A stretch of 63,155 nucleotides of DNA, filler included, from Reticulomyxa filosa (Eukaryota; Protista; Foraminifera), in NCBI GenBank assembly GCA_000512085.1. It is 18 parts of 18 records of this genome, joined end to end, with 100 filler letters (N's around TTAATTAATTAA, not from the genome) between each part and the next. Parts side by side here need not be neighbours in the genome. Positions count along the whole stretch, not along the records: positions 32,062 to 38,283 come from ASPP01020843.1; positions 38,384 to 43,341 come from ASPP01007038.1; positions 43,442 to 48,863 come from ASPP01029567.1; positions 48,964 to 51,215 come from ASPP01002738.1; 14 more parts are not named here. One strand, written 5' to 3'. A model generated the notes under the pieces. That model was not told the DNA's origin. It did not search any database and saw only the letters and a list, made by a program, of their open reading frames with translations. Position numbers and translations under genes: made by a program. Of this stretch, positions 37,474-51,315 are shown in pieces. Within the stretch, counting starts at the first letter, position 1. The number at the start of each line of letters is the position of its first letter.

Positions 37474-38283
37474 TCACCAAAAGGTGATTCCAGCCAGAGT
37501 AACTTTGGCATAAAAGCCAAATCCTACGGCCATTGCCAACCGATATGAATATTGTTGATCAACAGGCACTCCCTGGCGTTCATCTTTTCCAAATGCGACC
37601 TCATCTTTGCTGTTATTGACAGCAAAAGCCAAGTGTCCGTTAGTCAAGTTTAACAATACAGTGACCATGTCCCCACTCCCAAACTTTGAACCATAGTTGG
37701 AAACGTTACCGCAGTGTTTTATGGTTCCGTCGCACTGGTATCCCCATCCTTGGTTTCATATTATGTATATTAAATGTGCAAAGTGTGATTAGGGGATAGA
37801 GAGGAAGGAAGGAAAGAAATTTTTTTTTGTGGAACAAATAGACATCTCTCTTGCCTTGCTCAGTTTCGGTGAAATCAAAGTGGTTGTCTTGAGCAGCATT
37901 AAGAAGTAGTTGTTGAGTGTTGCGAACAACGCCAATAGCCAAGTGTCCATTACACTTATTGACGTTAACAAACCATTTGATCACGGAAATACCTTTCAAA
38001 TGTGCCTTACTGATCTGACAGTTATACTTTCCAATGGCCGTATGAAAAGAGTGTTTGGAAGAAGGAGAAGCAGTATTAAGAGCAGCGACGTTAGTGTTGC
38101 TCTGAAAGCAGTGACAAATGAACGTATTTCGAACGACCCGGAACATTTTTTTGGAATAATACTTCCACTCTTCGTTTCGTCGAATCGACAAATATTTTAA
38201 ATGTTCATTGACGTTAAAGTTTTTCTTTGGAGCAACAATATTGGTTTCATTATGCTTACTATACGGCATCTGCAGTATTTTTG
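37474..38283 (-). CDS. SPRY/B30.2-like domain protein, 5'-truncated; probable GC-AG intron 37749-37854
   Basis: KWFVNV..LAIGVV, then GWGYQCDG..YGSKFGSGDMVTVLLNLTNGHLAFAVN, a typical SPRY pattern. Confidence 0.75.
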
Positions 38284-38414
38284 NNNNNNNNNNNNNNNNN
38301 NNNNNNNNNNNNNNNNNNNNNNNNNNNTTAATTAATTAANNNNNNNNNNNNNNNNNNNNNNNNNNNNNNNNNNNNNNNNNNNNGGGAAAAAAAAAAAAAA
38401 AAAAAAAAAAAAAG

Positions 38415-39765
38415 TGTATGGGCTGTACGATGCTCTAAACCAAGTCGGCGAACACAAAACCCTATACTACAGTCCCTATCCCAGTCTCATGAGTTATATG
38501 ATAAAATTCTGGTTTGACTTTTTGACGCTGTCCGGGTTCTTAATTTACAACTGGACCAACCAACCCTGCTGTGATCCTACGCGTCCTTTGGACGATACGT
38601 CCGTGTGGGGCTTGTTCTGCTGCTGCTCTTGCTCCATTGCCATTGGCAGCGGCATAAGCAAGTCCATATCGGGCAAGCTGCAACCGCAACTCAACGCTCA
38701 CGACCCTGCCGGCAATGCGCCTCAAGGAACGGTTCCAGTACAGAATGGAAGGGAGTCACAACCCAATCCAGTCCGGGGCTTCTATCATGAACATGATGAA
38801 ACTAAAGTTTTTGTCAACTTTTATTTATGTGTATCAATATATACATATATATGTATATATATTGTATCTATATATTGTATCTATTTATTACGGTATACAG
38901 TTTCCAAAGATGAAGTCTGCAGAGATTGGCGTAGAGGAAACCAAATATGATTTACTAAGCGTATATAGAGATAGACGTGGTAGCATTACTAGAACTCCGT
39001 CAAACGCTCGAAAAGTATTTGCCGAAAGTATGTTTTTTTTTTTTTCTCTCTCTCTCTCTCTCTCTTTCTTCTTTTCCTTAATCCTCAAATTTGGAAACAA
39101 AAATTTGGAGCTATGAAAATTGTTTAGTTGGTGACTGGGGATATATATACATATATATATATGTATACGTATGTACATAATATATATATATATAATGTAT
39201 GTATACTGTGCTTATAGCCATTAACCAAAAGTCGAAAATTGTTGTAATCACATTTTTTTGGGAAAATGTATTTGAAAAACGTGTGGCGGAAAAAGAATGG
39301 GTAAACACATTCCAATTTTTTATGAACTCTTTCCAGGAAAAAGATGTGATTATATATTTTCTTACCAACTTACAAACGCTGGAACTCTTTGAACAAATAA
39401 AGAGTCTTGAATGCGAATCACATGTCACCTACAACTGCCAGCGAATAGTTGCCGAAAGGAGATTTCGCCCAACCAAGTCCACTGAAAGTGATACTGCAGA
39501 ACTGGATGATCTGGAGATTGACATGGAGCTTCGAATTCAAGGGAGAGATAGTCCCATTCGCCAAAAAAACGGGATGAGCTTACAAACTATTTTACTCAAA
39601 ATTATGCAAGTCACTCAATGTCCACACGAAAATTTTTTATACGTAGATTGCCATAAAGCCATTTTGTCACATTTGGTGCAAATACAATTATGCAGAACCT
39701 ATCAGGTCTCTAAAAAGGGATTAATTGACCTGAAGGAATTCAAAGAACTACTTGCTATGACATGA
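38415..39765 (+). CDS. Membrane-associated protein with degenerate HAD-like C-terminal domain; introns 38808-38900 and 39028-39217; 5'-truncated
   Basis: Phase-consistent GT-AG introns; hydrophobic helix then Cys cluster; C-terminal IVVITFFWENVF..IIYFLTN..ENFLYVD..CRTYQV..GL. Gene is likely, domain call tentative. Confidence 0.5.
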
Positions 39766-40559
39766 ATATTCCCCTGTCCGCTCACCCTTTTTTTCCCAAT
39801 TGCCTGAAATTCGTGTCAAAAATAAACCTTATAAGAAGTTAAGGAAAATTACATTATTGGAACAATATTTTCCAATGGATCGCTCTTTTACGCGAGAGTA
39901 CAATTGGTATTTGTAAGAACCTTTCAAACAAAAAGGAAAAAAAAAAAATCAACTTGTGTACATTTTGTTTTTTGAACTCCTTTGTAACGATGAATTTCTG
40001 ATTACCAATTTCAGGTGTTAAAAAGATTTAGTATTAGGGGGAAAACAATAGTTGACTTGGGATCACACAACACACAAGAAACTTTTGGCTCAATTTTTCT
40101 TGCTGTTGAGTTACTCAAATTTTGTGGCAGATCGGAGGGGGAGAAAAAAAAAGTATCTGATAATTGTCGATGCACACAGAAGAAGATAACCGGATAAAAG
40201 ACAATCTCTGTTTTTTTTTTCTCTTAAAAATGAAGTTAAAGTGTTTACTTTTGGAGAATTGATAAACAGTAGCAATTTATTTACGTGGTTGCAAAAACAA
40301 TATCTTATTACCAAGTATCGAGGATGTTCTGCATACGAACGAACTAGAGCAAACACAACATTACCCAATTTTATAGAATCCTCTTTACTATTTTTTTTTT
40401 AATCGCATTACAACAACACCTAACTTGTCTGCTGGCAATTTGCGAAGTAAATCGTTTTCTTTTTCCTCATTGTTTTGTTTATATATTGGATGCTGCGTCG
40501 CATTGGAACAAAAAAGTAATAATCGAAAGCGACTCGAAAGATCCTGATGTCATTCCATG

Positions 40560-41794
40560 TAAATTCACATATATGAATATATATAATATTATTTTTTGTC
40601 AAATAGCTAACAAAAAAAGGTAAACAATTTAACAGAAATCTCAACTGAGCAATATAAAGGTTGGATTTGTGATGAGTGTATGAAAAACCAAGAAAGTTGT
40701 GAGGGATTGTTAGCTTTGTCACAACGGGCCAACACAAAGGCTCCTTCTCTCCGTAATACTTCTGCATAGCACCATCCGTATTGTTTATGTTGCACTAAGC
40801 ATTTTTGTCCTTTGCCAATCATTTCTCTCCAACGCTTTTTGTTTTGTTTTGTTTCTTTTTCTTTCTTCTCTCTTAAATAAAAATGGCTTTCAAAAAGCAA
40901 ACAAAATGGAAAGGAAAAAAAACATAATAAAAAAGAATAAATATGAAAACATGACACCACTTACATAGCCAGTTGTTTTACTTAAGTTTGAGGAAATCAT
41001 ATCCAAATCTCTATTTAATTTGATGCTCTTTCTTCGTCGTACTTGAACTGATGTGTCACAATCATTGGCAATTTCAGTAGCAGCGTTTTGTTTTGATCCC
41101 ATTTGCACATAGACATCTTTGAGTGTACTATGTGTTATTGTTATTGTAATTGTTGCTGCTAGTCCTTCTCCTCTCCGCATTTTCGCACAAACAAAGTATG
41201 ACACGAATGAAAAAAAAAAAAAAAAAAAGAAATAATTGTCTAAAAGACCAAGTTTGTAGGAGAGGAGGAGGAGGAGGAGGAGGAGAGAGAAAAACAAGGG
41301 CACATACATACGTGCTAAACTAGTCAACCCACTCATCCAAGCATACGTCTATACAGAAATAGTGGACTTGGATACTGCGACGAAAGGAAGAAATGACAAC
41401 GCCGTCGTGCCAGAAATTGTGTTTTCCTTTCTGTGGACATCGAGGACATCCGTGTTGAAAGCGTATTTGCACCAATTCGCCATGCAAAAAGATTCCCCAG
41501 TCTTTTGGACGATATCTATAAGTTTCCAATTGCTTATTGAGCCATTTCCAATGGATAATGTCATTAAAATAGTCCTCGTGGCATTCTTCATTTGCACTCC
41601 CTTGATATACCGCGTCGACATATTTCAAAAGCATGTCCGAGTCTTTTGTTATCTCCCCTTCAAACATCTTGTGTATCTTCTCTGTCATGTCCCTAACATA
41701 AATCTCGTGCATGTTATTTGTTATCTTTCCTACACAGACCCTGCGCATGTTCTTTGCTATTTCTCCTACACAAATTCTACTTTGCTGCTTTAGC

Positions 41795-41825
<31 letters not shown>

Positions 41826-43245
41826 CATCCTTCTTCTTCTTCTTCTTTTGCTTCCTCTTCTTCTTTTTACTTCTTCCTCCTCCTCCTCCTCCTCTTCTTC
41901 TTCTTCTCTTTCTTCTTCTTCTTTCTTCTCCTTCTCCTTCTCCTTCTCAGATAAGGCGTCTTCATTGCCGTCCGTCTTTTTGCTTTTATTGCTTGCGCTT
42001 TTAAGTGGACTACGTGTTTTCGCATTACTTTTTTTTTTTTTTTTTTTTTTTTTGAATTACATCCACAACTCGATTATACTTGCTATTGAAACTTGCTTTG
42101 TGGAGAAAGAACGCAATGGGATGGACAAAGCACACTCAACTTTGCGGACAAAGCGATAGTATTCCACCTCTTTCCATTGGGCTCGAGGCAGCTTTAAGCG
42201 CCTCCAAATGCATTGGAACTTTGCAGTGTTCAATGTGCTTTGTCCAGGAATATCATTTATTTATTTTTTTTATGTTTTTAACAATACGAATTGTAAAATA
42301 TACAAATACATATCATATGTATATATGTATGTATATACATCAATAGAAAAACTCAACAATTCAACATTGTTAATCTCATACAAAGCGTTAAAAGGATTGC
42401 ATTTCCACAAATTACCGTTGGTAGGACGTCCATTTTGACGCCATTCCCAATGGGCATTTTCTTGTTCCGTCAAGTACTTTCTCACAGTCTCAAAGTACTT
42501 ATTCTTGACACTCTTTGCAAGTTCGTCCAGTTTTGATTTCACCTGTTGCCTCAAATCCTCGCTTATTTTGGAGTCAGTGATATTGGCTATGGAAAAAGAA
42601 GAAGAAGAAGAGCCGAATTGTGTATTCTGCTTTGTCTTGTCCAACTCTTTGAAGGATATGTAATGTTCGTACAACAATAAAAATGACCACGACGAGTATT
42701 CACAGTTTAAGCCATTGTGGCAGTCATATTGTCCATGCAATATTGTCACATATCTATAAACAATATATATATATATATATACATATATGTTATTGTTTTG
42801 TTTGTCAAATATCAATTTTTATTCAAAATTATCTTTTTTCAAAAAAAAAAAAAAAAATAAATATATATATACATATGTATATGTATATATATATATACCC
42901 TGCAAAGTGTTGGGCCTCGTCTTTACTCTGAGACCAAATCACGATCAAATCGACATCGATTCCATTTGGATCCACTGTTCCGAACACCTGACATTTGTTG
43001 GGATTGTTGATGTATCCTTTGAGTTGACTCGTGTGTTGGTCGTGGGTCAAGTACAGCATATCTTCCGTCGCCAGTTCGTCTTGCTGCGACAGCTGATCAA
43101 TGTTTCCAGAAAAGTGAGTGTTATCAAAGTGGAGCGACCAGACGCCGGTCAAGTCCGTGTGATCGTACCAGTCAAGGCCCTCATACGGGCAATCAAGGCC
43201 TTCGCACGGGCAATCATCGTCCTTGGTCTTGCATCCGTTTTCGTC
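40560..43245 (-). CDS. Large multi-exon hypothetical protein (one or two genes) with two Tudor/SH3-barrel-like segments
   Basis: GELVQIRF..FWHDGVVISSFRRSIQVHYFCIDVCLDEW and GKGQKCLVQHKQYGWCYAEVLRREGAFVLARC; low-complexity K/E/Q tract at 41790-41950. Confidence 0.45.
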
Positions 43246-44077
43246 GTAGAATTCGCACTACCATTTATCAGTAGTGCCTACATCGCATTTGCAATTAAAA
43301 AAAAAAAAAAAAAAACTAATATATATATATTTATTTATTTANNNNNNNNNNNNNNNNNNNNNNNNNNNNNNNNNNNNNNNNNNNNTTAATTAATTAANNN
43401 NNNNNNNNNNNNNNNNNNNNNNNNNNNNNNNNNNNNNNNNNTAAAAAGTCATAACACAATTTTTTCTTCAGTTTTTATGATAGAAGAGTCTGAAAATGCT
43501 GTAAATTTTTTTATAACGTTACATTTTTTAATTTCGATCGTGCATAAAAAAGGGATTTTGCATCGTTTTTCATTTGTGGATATCCATAAAAAAATTATTT
43601 CTCATTTCAACTTTAAAAGAAAATTTTTTTTATTCAAATTTGTGCTGTTTAGTGATCAGCATCATAGTTAATTTATCTTAAAAAGACGTTGATGTTTAAA
43701 TGATATCAAAAGCAATATTTATAAAAATCAAATAACAATAAATTGGACATTATTATGTCAAATATTAAAATGATAAAATTTCTATTTGAAAGAATCATAT
43801 AATTGTATATATGTTCAAAAGAGTATCAATATTTTGTTACACAATACTTTTGTCATATATGTTAATAATTCTTTTTAGTTACTTTAAAATTAATATAATA
43901 AACGTTGAAAATAAATTAATTATTATCATAAAAAATTTAAATAAAAGAAGAAACAAATACAAAGAAAACAAATATTTTCAATACTGACAATTTTTTTATA
44001 ATGTGATTAAATCAAAATTTTTTTAAGTTAAAAAAATGAATTTTTATGTAGATTTCCTTTCATTTTTTAACTTGAAT

Positions 44078-44475
44078 ATGAAACAAAAAAAAACCCAAGC
44101 CAAGACATATTTGAATGAAATCACCGCCAGATGTCAGCATTCAAACTGCTGTTACTATGGCGGAATTATATTACTCCAAAGTATAAGTGTAGCGTCGCTG
44201 TTATACGTTATCAATTTCGACAAAGGTCTAACGCCTGCAATGGTTTGCATTACATTGCTGTCGATATTTTTCGGTTTTGTAATGTTGGCTGCTCCACTAA
44301 CAAGTTATGTATATATGTTTTTTTTTCATTTAATTATTTTATTGTGTGTTGTTTTTTTTAGGAAGGACCGTTTTGGTCCGCGAGAATAGGAATGTTAATT
44401 CTCAATCTTACAACAATTCCTACAGCAATTGCAACAACACTAATAACCATTTTTAAACTGCTGAACTGGACGTAA
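44078..44475 (+). CDS. Small three-TM hypothetical protein; intron 44309-44361
   Basis: Phase-0 GT-AG join gives three hydrophobic helices ending FKLLNWT-stop. Confidence 0.5.
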
Positions 44476-44869
44476 AAAAGCGATCAATCACAAGATTCCA
44501 TAAAAGATTACGTTTTTTAATTTGTTTTCAAGAGTTGTTTTTTATTTTGTTTGAGCAATGAAATGATTTATTGTTTGTTTCATTTACAACTCAGGAGCTT
44601 CTTGTCTTTTTGAAGCTTATGATTTTCACCAAGCAATAGTTTTTCTGGTGTTTGAAAAATATTTGTCCGTTTTTCTAACGTAGCTGAAGAGGAGAAGAGG
44701 GGGACAAACAGTTAATTATATTGATGAACCCCAACGGAAAGATAAACTATCTTTAAAATAATGTGCTCAACATGTGCCTGCATAAAAACGAATGATGTGG
44801 ATATAAATGTTCAGAAAAATACTACCCGACGCAGTTGACATGAGAAAAATGATATGATATTGTTCATGC

Positions 44870-46167
44870 CGTGCTGTGTTCTAAGAGAAAACAACACTAC
44901 AAACAAACAGACAACGAAGCGAAGCCACATAAAGAAGAAGCTGGAACACAAAGACTGCTAAATGACGACAGCAACAATAAGCAAAATCGAAAGACGTCAG
45001 TGCAAGAAAGGATCGCAGAATTGAATAAGCGGTCAGACGTAGAAACGAGCGACGAAGCCAGCATCAGTTTTGCTTTTGAATTTTGCCTTTTTTTTTTTTA
45101 AAAAAAAAAAAGAGGAAAGAAATGAATAATACCATCCCCTTTCGTCATTATGGAATATAACAACTCCAAAAAAAAAAAAGTGTTATTGTTTCAAACACGG
45201 ACCCCCTTTTTTCAAAGCGATTATCAGCGAACGAGAAACCAAAGACAAGTTGCAGTCTCGACGAATAGATAAGCGAACAGTAGTGGGAATAATAAGGAGT
45301 AGAAGCAAAAGAACAAGAAGAAGAAGAGCTAACTCGAGTGACCAATGGGAGCATGTCCATGTCGACAACTTTGCAAGTCTCGGACCATAGTGAGCAAGAC
45401 AAACCCCCGAGGACAAGTCACCTTAAATGATGTCTTACGAGCAGCACAGAGAGAACATGCTGTTGTGTTAGTTGAGCAATTTGGATTATTTCAAGAAGGT
45501 TTGTTACATGTTTTTTGTTATTGTTCTTCTTCACCAACCCCCCCTTTTTTTTTATCATTTTTAAAAAAAACTTGTTTAAAAAAAATGCGTTATGCTCCGA
45601 AGAACAACCGAGCAATGCGAGTGTAGATGGAAACGCTTCGAATCCGCCCGTCACTGAAAACCAACCAAAGGCATTAGATATGAACAACAATAATATGCTT
45701 GGGAAATTGACAGAAGAACAATGAGACAAAATGCAAGAACTAATTAGCTATGCATTGATCGATCGCGGACAAATGAAAATGGCTCAATTATGCAATGCCA
45801 ATGTGAACGACAATTTTTTTGAAAAAAATTTATGATATCATTTTATCTGAAAAAGTGCAAAGTCCAGATTGTCATTTGGAAGAACTTTGGTTGGAAAGCA
45901 ATCCCATTTCTAGTGATGGAATCTCGTATCTTGCTAATTTTATCCGAAAAGATAAAAAAAAGTCGAGTTTTGAAATTGTTTGGCAATAAAAAAGATATTG
46001 GCGCCAATGGTTGCAACGAATTGTGCACTGCATTAGAAGAAAATATCACTTTGGCCAAACTTGTCTTTGAATTCTGCTTGCAGCAACATCGAGGCAAAAT
46101 GAAAACTTTTGCGAAGACATCAAAACATTTGGAGAGAAGCACAAAAAGCAAAAGCAAAAGGAAATAA
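44870..46167 (+). pseudogene. Tropomodulin-like LRR-cap gene with in-frame TGA and several frameshifts
   Basis: Reconstructed AQLCNANVND..LEELWLESNPISSDGISYLANFI..LKLFGNKKDIG..ALEENITLAKL; TGA at 45722-45724, shifts near 45825, 45958, 46098. Confidence 0.65.
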
Positions 46168-47104
46168 ATAATTATTACGTGGAGCATTTCCATCTACTAT
46201 CCGTGTGAATTAAGTATATTGGTTTTCATACACTCACTTGCACATAGTGATGTTTGAGGGCCTTTCTTTCTATTTTCTTTATTTTTGGTATCTATGCTTT
46301 GTAATTTATTATTGCATGAATGTCACTACTGTTCAGGTGGCAAACTGCAAAACCCAATTCATTTTTATTACTGCAAGTTGATATGCTTTCTTCTTGTTTC
46401 GTAGTCTTCAACGTATCAACCAATAAGGAAACTAAAATTAAATAGATCAAAGTATGTATCTTTCACAATTTTGTGGTTATATTCTGGCATCAGTTTGTAC
46501 TTGAAGCTTGTTTACTATACAAAAGTTGAAGAATTTATGACAGGTAACTTTAAAAATGACAATTTAATGTCATTAAAATATAAAGATTATTTTATCACAA
46601 AAAAAGAAAAATCAGTTTTTTAAATTAAATTTCTGTTGGAAATCATTCACAATGTTGTTAGTTATAAAAACTTATTTAAAATCAACCAAAAAACTCTTTG
46701 CATACTTAATATTTATTAACATATATAACAGCCTTATTGATTTCCGTTGTTGTTATTGTTGTAGTATGGATTTGTTGGTTGTCCATAATAAGAAGCATAT
46801 CCATAAGGTTGAACATTTGCTTGAGGAGAAGCAGAAGAAGAAAAAAAAGAAGAAGAATTGAAGAGGCCAAATTACCATACGCGTCAATTCCTAGCTTGGC
46901 CATATTTGTATTCAATTTTGCTAAATTGATATCTCTTTCACTTTCATGGGCCAAGACGTAATCATTTACTGTCTGTATAGCAGTGCCATTCATATACATA
47001 CATAATGTATATGTGTATATAAATAAATATACATGTATACGTACATATATGTATATATTTATATATACAAACACCCAAAAATACAAAACAAAGAAATAAC
47101 CTCA

Positions 47105-47520
47105 TTAAAGCACCCAAATTGTACAAATGGATATTTTATTTAATTTAATCGAATTAGTTGGTGAATATTTTTTTGGAATTAAACTGTTGCACCAAATTTT
47201 ATCATCACTGACTGCACTTTGCTGAATCATCCTGTTGAGGTTTGATATATCACCCCAAACACTTACATATTTCATTTCCAATGTTTGTCTAAAAGACAAC
47301 AAAAGATATTTCATTGCTATCTTTGTAATTATTATCTATCAGTTTCACTACAGATTGTCTATATATTTTAATATAACTTTATTCGTGTTTGAGGGTATGA
47401 TAAGGATGACAAGCTCTTTATTGATAACTTCCACAAATAATTATTTCGTATTTGTGTAGCACACATTGAGATTGAGAAAGTGGAGTAAACAAACCCTTCA
47501 AAGTTTGAAAAGAAGTAGAA
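47105..47520 (-). pseudogene. Decayed Kelch-like family paralogue
   Basis: FQTLKGLFTPLSQSQCVLHKYE.ICG..LLSF..TLEMKYVSVW; clearly homologous to 51316-51756 in this window but with stops and shifts. Confidence 0.75.
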
Positions 47521-47599
47521 GTAAGAATATTTTGACTTTGTTTCGTTTATCTTTTAAAAGATTTTTGTGTTGTAGTCCAATTTCCCATGTTATTAGCGT

Positions 47600-48340
47600 A
47601 GCTTGAATTTTTTGATTTTCATAATCAAATTGTATTATCACTTGAACATGATATAATAAATTTACTATCTGGAGAAAACTTTGTACATATTATACGACCA
47701 AAGTATTCTTTAAATTGTTTTAATATTTTACCCAAATTCTACATTCCATAAACAAATTGTTTTATTTCTATTCCAGAATGTATATCCCATAATCGTATTG
47801 TTTTATCTTGTAAACACGATATAATATATTTTCCATCTGGAGAAAAGTTTACATCCATACATTTTTTTAAATTTCATTATTTCAGTTCCTGTATTAATAT
47901 CCCATAATTAAATTGTTCATCATATGAGCACGAAAAAATATTTTCCAATTATTCAATGAATAATTTTGACAATATTTTTGTTAATGTGCTTATTTCTGAG
48001 ATATTTATTTAAAAATAAAGAATTGAATATGTTATACTTTATTATATCAAAATTGAATATCAATAATTATTTGATATGATAAATATGATCATGAAATATC
48101 AAACAAAAACTTATCAACTCTGTTGTTATGATCAAAATGCTTTCTTTCGTTATGTAATTAGAAATCATTTGATCAAAGTCATAAATTCGTCTTCTTTTAA
48201 TTGTCATTGTAGTTATTGCATGGATATATGCTTTGTTGATGAAAGTTACCAATACTCTTATCCACTATTGAGTAAAATTTTTATAAAGAATCACAAAATA
48301 CAATCCAATTCTTTTCAAAGCACATTTATTGATTGAATTA
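47600..48340 (-). pseudogene. Decayed WD40 family paralogue
   Basis: DVNFSPDGKYIISCLQDKTIRLWDIHSG and FSPDSKFIISCSSDNTI fragments plus remnant of the N-terminal module; many stops. Confidence 0.8.
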
Positions 48341-49949
48341 CTTCGAACTTTCTCTATATTTGCCATTGTATTGTTTGAGAAGATTTAATGAAAATGGCAA
48401 TATTTCAAAGATTTTAAATAAAACATTAAAACTGCTATGTAATTGCATAAATATATATCTTCATTAATTCATTTGAAATAGTTTAATAATTAAGTTTTTT
48501 TGTTATTTTTAAAATAAAACTACATTATTTGCACTCAAAAGAGTCAATTATCTATTTTCTTTTATTGTTCGCCAAATTGCGACAAAATTCTTACTAGTTT
48601 TTTCTTGAACGTATTTATGGACTAATTGCATATTTGCAAAAAAAGAACTCTTTTATATAGAAAAAAAATGACCTTTGTGTGTATGTATGTTAGTAATCTA
48701 CAAAATAAAACACTTATTTCTCACACAAAATTTATTTTATTAAATAAAAGAATTTTTTATTGACCCTTCATGATTTTTTTAAAAAAAAATGGAAAGATAC
48801 TTTAGCTTAGTAATGAAAGTTCGTTTAAGTTCTTTTTTTTAGGTTTTTGTTATTATTGTTTTTNNNNNNNNNNNNNNNNNNNNNNNNNNNNNNNNNNNNN
48901 NNNNNNNTTAATTAATTAANNNNNNNNNNNNNNNNNNNNNNNNNNNNNNNNNNNNNNNNNNNNAATCCAACAGTGTGGTATTTGAATGAAGAAGATGTTA
49001 AATTATTTTTTGAAACAGTACCTCCGGGTGAAGATTGTTTGAGAGTAAGGTGAAAATGTATTGAATGTGAGAATATTGCAAAAGGAATTAATTGTCGTTG
49101 GTATATATTTTTATTGAGTGAACCAATGATATGTTTGGAATTACTTCATTTCAATATTTTGTTAGTTTGTTTTTGATTATTTGGCAAACTATTTGATAAT
49201 CTTCACTTTAAAAAGGAGAAAGTTATGCATTTATGTTAAAGATAGATTTATTAGTTCCAAAATGAAACAAGTAAATGTATATTCTCTTTTTTAAAGTGAA
49301 TTTAACCTCCACGTGTGGATGTTGAACCTATTCATGTCTTAAGATAAGTATTTAGCAAATGAAGAAAAAGTCTTTGTCTCTGGAACAAATTCTCTGTCAA
49401 TAAAGTAAAAAACTCAAATGAATTTTTATGATCTAAGTGATGTTAAGTTATGAGGATACTGTAGTTAACTGATAGATAACAACAACAAACACGGTAATGG
49501 AATCACTTTCAACGGAGGATTGTCAAAAGTGATTTGCTATTGAAATGAGTTGAATAATGTTTTCGCGTTCAACAAATTAGCCAAGCAATTGTGTTATGAT
49601 TTATTAATATGTAATGAACTGATGAATAATTTTTTAGGGATAAATTGATCATACTTGGCATTTTTGTATATCAGAAGTGATTGATAGAGATGATTTTATA
49701 TCGGCTGATGCAAGATTCAATAATTGATTTTCCAAAATAATTTATAAATATTCCAACACGGATAGAAACTATCTTTTATAGCAGACTTTTTTTCAAAAGA
49801 GATGATTTTTGCCAAAAAGAAAGTTGGTCACAAAATTCTTCATTTCAATAAAACTTTAAAAAAAACTTTGTAATAACTTGATATAGCAAGAAATCAAAAT
49901 TTAGTAAAATAGAAGAGAAAAAAAGTGAAGGGAATGTGAAAACGACCTA

Positions 49950-50360
49950 AAATCAGTATTTCAACCACAGTCGTGCTTTGCTAAAAATTGGATTTTGTAA
50001 CTGAATCAGCAATGTATTTGTTTAATCTGTAAACAAGTCGCCAACAACCTAATGGAAATTAATTCCCCCCCCCCCAAACACAAAAAATGGATGAACCATT
50101 GATTATCGCAGAGAAGTATTTGAAACAATTTCTTAATCAAAATCTAAACTCTTGCCCAGTAGAATCTCATGACAACTGTTCGTATTTCAAAATCGATTGG
50201 CAAAGTGATACATGGATTTGTGAGACAAGTAGTCAAGTATTGGTTTAAGCATTTGGATATGATCATACATGTTTAAAGTATATGATATTTCGAATATACG
50301 ATTGCATTTTAATTTGGTGATTAAATCTTTTGATTCATTAAACAAAATATTTAAAAATAT
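49950..50360 (+). pseudogene. Decayed RING/TRAF-like zinc-finger family fragment
   Basis: ICKQVANNLMEIN..HKKMDEPLII.E..LKQFL.QN.NSCPVESHDNC remnants across frames. Confidence 0.55.
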
Positions 50361-51315
50361 AAGGTATTATTACTATTTATTATTTTGATGATTAAGAAAA
50401 AATGAAAAAATATTAACAAAAAAAATGTATCAAATTTACAAGAGTAAATATTCCAAAAATTATTTGCTTCTGTAATTTCTTAGTTACTAGTTTTTGCTAG
50501 TAGAAAATTTTGATTGAAATTGAGGAAATTTCTTGTTTTAAGTCCTAGAAAACATAATACGTAACACTATTTAAAGCAGATTTTTGTTGAAGAGCATGCA
50601 TCAATTTCCTTTTTTTTCAGGTACGCTTTTTACAAGGAAGAGAATGATCGTTATATTAGCCGTTAAATTGAAAATCTCTTGTTTTTCTTTTTCAAACATA
50701 AAAAACTGGATATTATGTTTTTTTGCAAGGACGTTGATTGTTCAGAATCATTTTAGCTTCTTGTAAAAAAATGTCATCAAATTACAGTCCAACTATTCAC
50801 TAAGTTGTCATAGAAAATGTTTTAAACAATTACTCATATCAATTTCAATGCATTTCAACTAAACATTAAATTTGAAATTTGTCACTAACTTTTTAATTAA
50901 AAAGTTCAAGTAAAAACTAAACTCAAAGTTCAAGTTTTGAATTGATCATTAAAAAAATAAATGGCCACAATGATGATCACAACTCTTAAAAGAGCTAGTC
51001 TCAGACAAAAAGAGCCAAACAAGAGACCAATTTGGAACCTCATTCCTTGCGTCCTCATTAGACGACTTCGTCAACCCAACACATATCAAGTCAGATTGGA
51101 CGAACAGCATCAAAGGGCTCAGTACATGAAAAAATTAAAAGGACAACAGAGTGCACTATTAAAAGTTGCACCTTCCCCTGAATCACGACATGAACGATCA
51201 TTAATTCAAAAAATGNNNNNNNNNNNNNNNNNNNNNNNNNNNNNNNNNNNNNNNNNNNNTTAATTAATTAANNNNNNNNNNNNNNNNNNNNNNNNNNNNN
51301 NNNNNNNNNNNNNNN

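Noticed and set aside
45625-45655. tRNA T-arm-like TTCGAATCC (also GGTCGAATCC near 25919)
   Set aside because: No acceptor stem or cloverleaf; both sit inside coding-like sequence.
45722-45724. Stop-codon reassignment or selenocysteine
   Set aside because: TAA, TAG and TGA all terminate genes in this window, conserved Trp is TGG, and this locus has other lesions.
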